From the IMG/VR virus record IMGVR_UViG_3300031857_000076, positions 1 to 64,000 of that record: a stretch of 64,000 nucleotides of DNA, one strand, 5' to 3'. Shown piece after piece: positions 57,121-64,000 of this stretch. Both the position numbers and the translations under genes were made by a program. Origin of the DNA: a virus. Numbering within the stretch: position 1 is the first letter of the stretch; the number at the start of each line of letters is the position of its first letter. Under the pieces are notes generated by a model, which did no database searches, was not told the DNA's origin, and worked only from the letters and a program-made list of their open reading frames with translations.

Positions 57121-58095
57121 ATGACTATTTTCGACGAGCAAATTTCGCGCAAGCCAGATCGGTATCCTTGGGTTCAAGATTTTATTTCAGCAATGCACGA
57201 AGGGTTCTGGACGCATAAAGAATTTAGCTTCTCCAGTGATCTTCAAGATTTCAAAGTAAATCTAAGCAAAGAAGAGCAAGAAGTTATTATTCGCACGCTT
57301 TCTGCCATTGGTCAGATCGAAGTGGCGGTTAAAAAGTTTTGGGCCAAGCTCGGAGACAATCTTCCCCACCCATCACTCACTGATCTTGGTTATGTGATGG
57401 CTGGAGTGGAAGTGATTCACAACAATGCTTATCAGCGTCTTCTTGAAGTTCTTGATATGGAAGAAATCTTTGAGGAAAATCTCAAGCTTGATGTTGTGTC
57501 TGGTCGTGTCAACTATCTTCGCAAATACACTCATCGTTTCTACAAAGACTCTCGTAAACAATATGTTTATGCACTCATTCTTTTTACTCTTTTCATTGAG
57601 AATGTTTCTTTGTTTTCTCAATTTTACATTATTCTTTGGTTCGGGCGTTATCGCAATGTGCTAAAAGACACAACTCAACAAGTCACCTATACCAAGAACG
57701 AAGAACTCATTCATGCTAAAGTTGGCATGAAACTTGTGAACGTGATTCGCAAAGAGTGTCCAGAGCTTTTCGATGCTGATTTGGAGCAAAGAATCTTGCA
57801 CGAAGCAGAAGAAGCTTTCAAAGCAGAATCCAAGATTATTGATTGGATTATTGGCGACTTTAGCGCACAAAGAATGAATGCTAATATTCTCAAAGAGTAT
57901 GTGAAAAATAGAATCAATGATTCTTTGAAAGAGATTGGTTTCAAACCCTTATTTACCATTGACAAAACGCTTGCTAGAGACTATGAGTGGATGGATGAAG
58001 AAGTCTTGGCAAACAATGCTGTTGACTTTTTCTACCAACGTCCTGTTGACTACGCAAAGAAAAATAAAACATTCGAACTAGAAGAACTCGTTTAA
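57121..58095 (+). CDS. nrdB: ribonucleotide reductase class I beta subunit
   Basis: FW...E, EVIH..AY, IEN.SLFSQF, EE.IH, DFF. Confidence 0.93.
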   Translation: MTIFDEQISRKPDRYPWVQDFISAMHEGFWTHKEFSFSSDLQDFKVNLSKEEQEVIIRTLSAIGQIEVAVKKFWAKLGDNLPHPSLTDLGYVMAGVEVIHNNAYQRLLEVLDMEEIFEENLKLDVVSGRVNYLRKYTHRFYKDSRKQYVYALILFTLFIENVSLFSQFYIILWFGRYRNVLKDTTQQVTYTKNEELIHAKVGMKLVNVIRKECPELFDADLEQRILHEAEEAFKAESKIIDWIIGDFSAQRMNANILKEYVKNRINDSLKEIGFKPLFTIDKTLARDYEWMDEEVLANNAVDFFYQRPVDYAKKNKTFELEELV

Positions 58096-58096
58096 A

Positions 58097-59743
58097 ATGA
58101 CAAAATACTACTGGCTAAATCAAAAATCCCGCGAATTTCTTGCTCGCGGTTACGTTAGAGAAGATCAAACCGCAGAAGAAAGAGTTAGAGAAATTGCTGA
58201 AACTGCCGAAAAGTATTTGAAGATCAGAGGCTTTGCAGACAAGTTCGAAGATTACATGTCGCGTGGCTGGTTTAGTTTGTCCTCTCCAGTATGGGCAAAC
58301 TATGGTCTTGAAAGAGGCTTACCTTGCTCATGCAATGGCTCATTCATTGACGATACAATGGATAGCATTTTGTATAAGAATGCTGAAATTGGAATGATGA
58401 CAAAGAACGCTGCTGGAACATCTGCTTATTTTGGCAAGCTGCGTCCAAGAGGCGCAACCATTAGTTCTGGCGGAACATCAAGTGGCAGCGTTCATTTCAT
58501 GGAACTCTTTGACAAGGTAGCCAACATTGTTTCTCAATCCAATGTCCGCCGTGGTTCAATGGCAGCGTATTTGGATATTGATCATCCAGATTTAGAAGAG
58601 TTTCTTCGTATTCGTAGCGAAGGACATCCAATCCAAGAACTCAGCATTGGTGTTTGCATTTCAAACGAATGGATGGAAGGTCTTTTGAACAAAGACAAAG
58701 ATAAGCTCAAAATTTGGGGCCAAGTTATCAAGAAGCGTTTTGAAAGTGGCTATCCATATATTCACTTCACTGGCAACGCAAATGAGCAAGCGCCAGCAGT
58801 TTATAAAGACAAAGGCGTAAAAATTTATGCCAGCAATCTCTGTAATGAGATTAATCTTTCTTCTGACAAGGATACTTCGTTTGTTTGCGTGCTTTCAAGC
58901 ATTAATCTATTGCATTACGATGAATGGAAGGACACTGACGCTGTTGAAGTATTGACCTACTTCCTTGATACTGTGACCGAAGAATACATTCGTAAGACTG
59001 AAAATATGCCGTTCATGGCTGCTGCTAATAAGTTTGCAAAAGAGCAGAGAGCGGTTGGTCTTGGAGTTTTAGGTTGGCATTCTCTCTTGCAAGCCAAAAA
59101 CATTGCATGGGAAAGCATGGAAGCCAAACTATTGAACGCAAGCGTTTTCAAGCTCATTTCAGAAAAAAGCTTGAAGGCAAGCAAAGAAATGGCTGAAAAA
59201 TATGGTGAGCCAGAAATGCTCAAAGGATATGGCGAAAGAATGGTTACTCGTTTAGCTATTGCTCCAACAGTTTCTTCTTCTTTTATTCTTGGTCAAGTTT
59301 CTCAAGGTATTGAGCCTCAAAACTCCAATTACTATGTCAAGAAACTTGCCAAAGGCTCTTTCACATACAAGAATCCATATCTTAAAGAACTCTTGAAGCA
59401 AAAAGATAAAGACGACCAAGAAGTTTGGAAGAGCATTCTGGAAAATGGCGGCTCAGTTCAGCATCTTGATTTCTTGACAGATCACGAAAAGGATGTGTTC
59501 AAGACCTTTGGAGAAATCTCCCAAAAGGAAATTGTTATCCAAGCTGCTCAACGCCAAAAGTTCATTGATCAAGGTCAGAGCCTCAATCTTATGATTCCTC
59601 CAGCAACAACCGTTGGAGAAGTAAGTAAACTAATGATCTTTGGCTGGCAGCAAGGCATCAAAGGCTTTTACTACCAAAAATCAAGCAATCCAAGTCAATT
59701 ATTGGCTCGCTCCCTTAATGAGTGTAAGTCTTGCGAAGCTTAA
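58097..59743 (+). CDS. nrdA: ribonucleotide reductase class I alpha subunit (short, no ATP cone)
   Basis: SSPV, SC, RRG, SNLCNEI, AIAPT.SSS, IDQGQSLN, C-terminal CKSC. Confidence 0.95.
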   Translation: MTKYYWLNQKSREFLARGYVREDQTAEERVREIAETAEKYLKIRGFADKFEDYMSRGWFSLSSPVWANYGLERGLPCSCNGSFIDDTMDSILYKNAEIGMMTKNAAGTSAYFGKLRPRGATISSGGTSSGSVHFMELFDKVANIVSQSNVRRGSMAAYLDIDHPDLEEFLRIRSEGHPIQELSIGVCISNEWMEGLLNKDKDKLKIWGQVIKKRFESGYPYIHFTGNANEQAPAVYKDKGVKIYASNLCNEINLSSDKDTSFVCVLSSINLLHYDEWKDTDAVEVLTYFLDTVTEEYIRKTENMPFMAAANKFAKEQRAVGLGVLGWHSLLQAKNIAWESMEAKLLNASVFKLISEKSLKASKEMAEKYGEPEMLKGYGERMVTRLAIAPTVSSSFILGQVSQGIEPQNSNYYVKKLAKGSFTYKNPYLKELLKQKDKDDQEVWKSILENGGSVQHLDFLTDHEKDVFKTFGEISQKEIVIQAAQRQKFIDQGQSLNLMIPPATTVGEVSKLMIFGWQQGIKGFYYQKSSNPSQLLARSLNECKSCEA

Positions 59744-59786
59744 CTAATTGTTGATAAAAATAATTTTTTAAGTGTAAAAAGTAAAC

Positions 59787-60821
59787 ATGGAAGTAGATTT
59801 TTCTCAACAGATTTTAGAGGCCAAGAACCGCCCTGGACCAAAAAGCTCCGCACAAACTCCTGCGAAGCCAGATGAGCGTAAAAAGGGTTCAAAAATGAAT
59901 GAGCCAGGCTCTGCTGGCACTACTCCAGATGCTAAAGAACGCGCTGAGAAAAATCTTGAGAAAGATGATAAAAAAGAAGTTGTTAAGGCCGAAATCACTT
60001 TCAATGATAAAATCACTGAGTCTCTAAAAAAGAAAGTTGAAGATCATAACTCCAAGCACAGCCGTAAAGTTTCTCTTTCTCAATTAAAGAAAGTTTATCG
60101 CCGTGGCTTGGGTGCTTTTAGTTCCACTCATCGTCCAGGCAAGAGTCGTCAGCAGTGGGCAATGGCTCGCGTCAATACTTTCTTGAAAATGATGCGTGGC
60201 GAAAAAGTCAAAGATGCATATAAAGCTGCTGATGGCGACATTGCCAAAGGTTCCGAAGCTTTTGATCATAATCACGACTATTATGATTTTGAAGACCTTG
60301 AGCTTCAATTAGCTCATATTAATCTAATCGAAGCTGGTGTTTTATTCGAAGAAATGGACATCTTCAATGAAGACATTGACTATACCGAAGCAGAAAAGAA
60401 AACTCTTAATAAGCCTTTCAGACTTCCTTCTGGCTCTAATAAGAAATTTGGCGTTTATGTTAAAAACGACAAAGGCAACACTGTGATGGTTAAATTTGGC
60501 GACCCTAACATGGAAATCAAACGCGATGACCCTGAACGCCGCAAGAATTTCCGCGCAAGACATCAATGCGACAGCAACCCTGGTCCTAAATGGAAAGCTA
60601 GATATTGGGCTTGTAGAACTTGGGAGAAGGGCAAGACTGTTACTGAAATCACTAGCAGTGAAGACCCAATCGAAGCCTTTTATATCAAACAGGCCGAAAG
60701 AGAAATCAGAATGTCTGATGCTATTTTGAATGAAGAAGACTTTCCTTCTCAAGAAGAAGTTTTAGCTCTTAATCCTCTATTAGACAATGTTTATTACATT
60801 GAAGAGGAAGTGGGAATTTAA
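59787..60821 (+). CDS. multi-domain conserved phage protein, probable head or internal protein
   Basis: KKVYRRG.GAF...HRPG...WAMARVN domain plus LNKPFR...VKFGDP...RRKNFRARH.C...ARYW.C domain; acidic linkers. Confidence 0.7.
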   Translation: MEVDFSQQILEAKNRPGPKSSAQTPAKPDERKKGSKMNEPGSAGTTPDAKERAEKNLEKDDKKEVVKAEITFNDKITESLKKKVEDHNSKHSRKVSLSQLKKVYRRGLGAFSSTHRPGKSRQQWAMARVNTFLKMMRGEKVKDAYKAADGDIAKGSEAFDHNHDYYDFEDLELQLAHINLIEAGVLFEEMDIFNEDIDYTEAEKKTLNKPFRLPSGSNKKFGVYVKNDKGNTVMVKFGDPNMEIKRDDPERRKNFRARHQCDSNPGPKWKARYWACRTWEKGKTVTEITSSEDPIEAFYIKQAEREIRMSDAILNEEDFPSQEEVLALNPLLDNVYYIEEEVGI

Positions 60822-60836
60822 TTAGAAAATTCTTTA

Positions 60837-61121
60837 TTGTTTCGTATTATCCTAGTGATCGAACAGATTCTAGGTGTTATTTATACGTTCTGCTTCTCAG
60901 TCTGCTACATTCCTCAAATCTCCAAAAGTTTGAGGACAAAAAATGTGCAAGACGTTAGCGTTGGCATGTTTATTCTTTCAATAATTGGGTATGTCTCAGC
61001 AATGGGATATACCCTTTTGCGTGTTGGATGGGATTTTTGGTGGATAGTAAATTATTTTTGTGGCCTAGTTTCTGCAACAGTCATGGTGGCAATTTATTAC
61101 ATTTACAAAAAACATGTTTAG
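60837..61121 (+). CDS. PQ-loop / SemiSWEET-like transporter
   Basis: YIPQI.K..RTK...DVS; three TM helices. Confidence 0.8.
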   Translation: MFRIILVIEQILGVIYTFCFSVCYIPQISKSLRTKNVQDVSVGMFILSIIGYVSAMGYTLLRVGWDFWWIVNYFCGLVSATVMVAIYYIYKKHV

Positions 61122-61884
61122 CATTTATCATTCAGCATTTAACCTCATCAAGCATGGCTTTGTTGGTTGGGAAAACAGCGTTCAAAATTCATGCAAATTT
61201 GCAGATGAAGTAATCATCGCAGTTAATACTTCCGTAGATAATACAAAGGAAGCAATCTCAGAAACTTTAAAAGACTTTTCTAACTGGAAAATTATAGAAA
61301 CCGATTTTTCATATCAAGACCCTTGGCTTGATGGCAAGATTAAAAATGCCGCCCTTCAAGCTTGCACGCAAGATTTTAAGATTCAACTCGATCTCGATGA
61401 GTACATTCCATTGTGGCAAAAACCACTGTGGGAAATTTTAGCCATGCAAATTGCTCTTAGTCCAGTTCAGTGTGCAGCAGTTGCATCTGTGAATCTTTAT
61501 AAAGATTGGAATCACTATTCTTCAATTACTAACAAGCAATATTTCAATAAAGGACAAGCTTATCGTGCGCCAAGTAAAGCGGCCAGAAAACAAGACGGCA
61601 CAATTAATACTAAAATGAGCGATGGTTGTGACTTGGTTAATGCTGATGGAGAATTTGTTTCAACAATGGCAACCACAACTGATCTACAACGCTTGGAGCT
61701 TGGTGTTTCACCATTTGTTGTTCATTTTGGTTATGTAGATTTAGACTCTCGACTAAAGAGAAACCATGAGTTCTGGCACGAACATTGGTATGTTGAAGGC
61801 GGTGGGCAAGACCCCGCTCACAAGATTCACATGAAACACGAAGACTTTGAATACCCTTATCTTAAACATAAATTAAAATTATAA
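61114..61884 (+). CDS. glycosyltransferase GT2-like
   Basis: DEVIIAV..S.D.T, KNAALQ.C, QLDLDE, HFGY. Confidence 0.8.
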   Translation: MFSIYHSAFNLIKHGFVGWENSVQNSCKFADEVIIAVNTSVDNTKEAISETLKDFSNWKIIETDFSYQDPWLDGKIKNAALQACTQDFKIQLDLDEYIPLWQKPLWEILAMQIALSPVQCAAVASVNLYKDWNHYSSITNKQYFNKGQAYRAPSKAARKQDGTINTKMSDGCDLVNADGEFVSTMATTTDLQRLELGVSPFVVHFGYVDLDSRLKRNHEFWHEHWYVEGGGQDPAHKIHMKHEDFEYPYLKHKLKL

Positions 61885-61885
61885 C

Positions 61886-62584
61886 ATGGATAATTTAATT
61901 AAATTATCTTGTCCATCCGAGGGGTTAGGTGATACGTTAATACTTACTTGTATTTGTAAGCACTTGCTTGCAAATAATAAAAAACCAATTGTTTCATTGC
62001 CTGCTAAAATAAAAAGGTTTTCTATTTTATTTGATGGCATCGCTGATGTTATAATAGAAGACGTTAATCAATATTTGCCCGATCTTGGTGGGGGTCACTA
62101 TGCTACACGAAAACTAAGAAATTTTTTTCAACATGCAGAATTATTAGATAATAGACCTTTAGTTTTACATTCAAATCAAGAATCAGAAATTTGGACTGCA
62201 AATTATCTTATCAATAAGATTAATCCAGTAATTTTTGTGCCGCATTGTGCAAAACAGTGGCATGAAGTAAGAAGCTTAAAGGTTGATAGTTATGAGCAGT
62301 TATTTGATAAATTAATTTCTGATGGCTTAACTCCAATTATTTGTCAAAGCTCTAGTAATCCAGTTTCTATTAAATATGAAAATATTTTAACAGACTTGGA
62401 ACTGAGTAAATATATTTGCTTATTGAGAAAAGTGGGCCTTTATGTTGGATGCAATACTGGAGATATGCACTTGGCTATTTCTGTTGGCGCTCATTGTCAA
62501 GTTATTCAGCCACAAAATCATCCACTATTCAATGCAGATGAGTGGAATTACAATCATCCATCAATTACATATTATCAATTATGA
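61886..62584 (+). CDS. glycosyltransferase GT9-like
   Basis: GLGD.L; YVGCNTG.MHLA. Confidence 0.8.
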   Translation: MDNLIKLSCPSEGLGDTLILTCICKHLLANNKKPIVSLPAKIKRFSILFDGIADVIIEDVNQYLPDLGGGHYATRKLRNFFQHAELLDNRPLVLHSNQESEIWTANYLINKINPVIFVPHCAKQWHEVRSLKVDSYEQLFDKLISDGLTPIICQSSSNPVSIKYENILTDLELSKYICLLRKVGLYVGCNTGDMHLAISVGAHCQVIQPQNHPLFNADEWNYNHPSITYYQL

Positions 62585-62928
62585 TCACAATTTTAGTAGA
62601 TGAGGGGTACGCTTATGATTATTTAGCCATCCTTGCGGTTAAACACAAAATATTCAATAATGAAAAAACCCTTACCGCAAGAACTTTATGTAATGAACAT
62701 ATCCTGAATCAAATACCAGAAGACCAACATATTAAAATTGTGCGTTCTCAAGAATTTAAAAATTTAATTGACGCTAATTTTAAAACTTTTGAAGCTGTAG
62801 AAGAAGCTCGTTATGGAAAGATTTCCGCAAAAGAAGTGGACGATTTAAATATGAAAAGGTATTATTGCAAAGTGGCTTTACAAAATAAATTTTTCCCCGA
62901 TATACAAACTACAGAACTTAAATCATGA
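62581..62928 (+). CDS. DUF6165-like helical protein
   Basis: I.V..G...D...IL.VK...N..R...K. Confidence 0.55.
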   Translation: MITILVDEGYAYDYLAILAVKHKIFNNEKTLTARTLCNEHILNQIPEDQHIKIVRSQEFKNLIDANFKTFEAVEEARYGKISAKEVDDLNMKRYYCKVALQNKFFPDIQTTELKS

Positions 62929-63962
62929 AAACAATTATTATAACTGGTATTACTGGTCAAGATGGCTCGCTGATGGCAGACCATCTGCTAAAAGACCCAA
63001 ACAACTTTGTTTACGGGGCGCATAGACGCTTGAGTGTTCCAAATCATCAAAACATTGAAAATATCAAGAACCACGAAAGATTTAAATTGTTAGAGTTGGA
63101 CCTTACTGATGCGGAAAGCATTAATCAAGCAATTAGAGAAATCAAGCCAGATTACTTCATCAACTTCGCTGCAAACTCTTTTGTTGGCAATAGTTGGAAG
63201 ATGCCAATTAATCACATGCAAACAAACTGCATGGGAGTGCTTCATTGTCTTGAAGCTATTAGAAACCTTTCTCCAGAAACTAGATTCTATAATGCTGGCA
63301 GCAGCGAACAGTTCGGAGATGTTGCATATTCTCCACAAGACATCAACCATCCATTTCGTCCAAGATCGCCATACGGCGCTTCTAAGTGCGCTGCGCATCA
63401 TTTGGTAAAGGTTTACCGAGAGTCTTATGGCATTTATGCTGTTCAAGGAATCTTATTTAATCACGAAGGCGTTCGTCGCGGAGAAGAGTTCGTAACGCGA
63501 AAAATCACTAAAAATGTAGCAAGAATCTATAACGCCAAAAAAAGTGACGAATCTTTCTTGCCAATGGAGCTTGGCAATGTTGACGCCAAAAGAGATTGGA
63601 GCGATGCTCAAGATTTTGTGCGCGGTGTTTGGCTGATGCTTAATCAAGAAAAGCCAAAAGACTATGTTCTCTCTGCTAATGAAACTCACTCAGTAAGAGA
63701 ATTTATTGAACTAGCCTTCGAAGCTGCTTCTATTGAAGGTGAGTGGATTGGCAACGGTTTAGATGAAGTTTTTATTGACAAAAACACGAAACAAAAGCTT
63801 GTAGTAATTAATCCAGCTTTCTATCGTCCAGCAGAAGTTGATCTTCTTTGGGGTGATTCGACACCAGCAAGAGAAGAGCTTGGCTGGATTCCAAACACAT
63901 CTTTCTCGCAACTTGTTGAGAAAATGGTTGCGCGAGACTCAGGTTGGCCTTACATTAATTAA
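62925..63962 (+). CDS. gmd: GDP-mannose 4,6-dehydratase
   Basis: ITGITGQDG, SSE.FG, PRSPYGASK, GILFNHE..RRGEEFVTRKIT, LGN.DAKRDW, YRPAEVDLL.GD. Confidence 0.95.
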   Translation: MKTIIITGITGQDGSLMADHLLKDPNNFVYGAHRRLSVPNHQNIENIKNHERFKLLELDLTDAESINQAIREIKPDYFINFAANSFVGNSWKMPINHMQTNCMGVLHCLEAIRNLSPETRFYNAGSSEQFGDVAYSPQDINHPFRPRSPYGASKCAAHHLVKVYRESYGIYAVQGILFNHEGVRRGEEFVTRKITKNVARIYNAKKSDESFLPMELGNVDAKRDWSDAQDFVRGVWLMLNQEKPKDYVLSANETHSVREFIELAFEAASIEGEWIGNGLDEVFIDKNTKQKLVVINPAFYRPAEVDLLWGDSTPAREELGWIPNTSFSQLVEKMVARDSGWPYIN

Positions 63963-64000
63963 TTTTATGAATATTCTTCAAATAGGATGTAATAATTGTG

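Noticed and set aside
57121-59743. Introns or inteins in nrdA/nrdB
   Set aside because: Both ORFs are continuous and compact
1-64000. Alternative genetic code or host-chromosome origin
   Set aside because: Conserved genes are full-length in code 11 and there is no suppressor tRNA; gene content, tail genes and uniform promoter grammar indicate phage throughout

Overview
The window is 64 kb of a large, lytic-type tailed phage genome (code 11; no integrase or CRISPR seen). The host is probably a PVC-superphylum bacterium, most likely Verrucomicrobia. The host inference rests on a DUF1549/DUF1553 + Tat-DUF1501 gene pair, a PVC-type ECF sigma factor and a Verrucomicrobiaceae-like secreted protein. 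Recognisable content: four tRNAs (Asn, Met/CAT, Leu, Tyr), rIIA/rIIB, an amidase endolysin, a lambda-like L-K-I-J tail-tip cassette with a tail fibre, nucleotide and replication genes (nrdA/B, thyX, dUTPase, dNMP kinase, ssb, uvsE), two sigma factors, and a large glycan toolkit (about 7 glycosyltransferases, 3 sulfotransferases, APS kinase, Gmd, a cupin, a SemiSWEET-like protein, a prolyl 4-hydroxylase). The five most notable observations are: (1) an unannotated ~310-nt pseudoknotted RNA-like element upstream of the endolysin; (2) a possible pathway making hydroxyproline-rich, sulfated virion glycoproteins; (3) the phage-borne PVC-specific DUF1549/1553-DUF1501 module; (4) two promoter classes with fixed geometry, TTGACA-N16-TAnnnT and GTGTAA 14 nt before the start codon, that imply leaderless mRNAs; (5) a T4 beta-glucosyltransferase-like gene. 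All family assignments come from motif recognition, not database searches.
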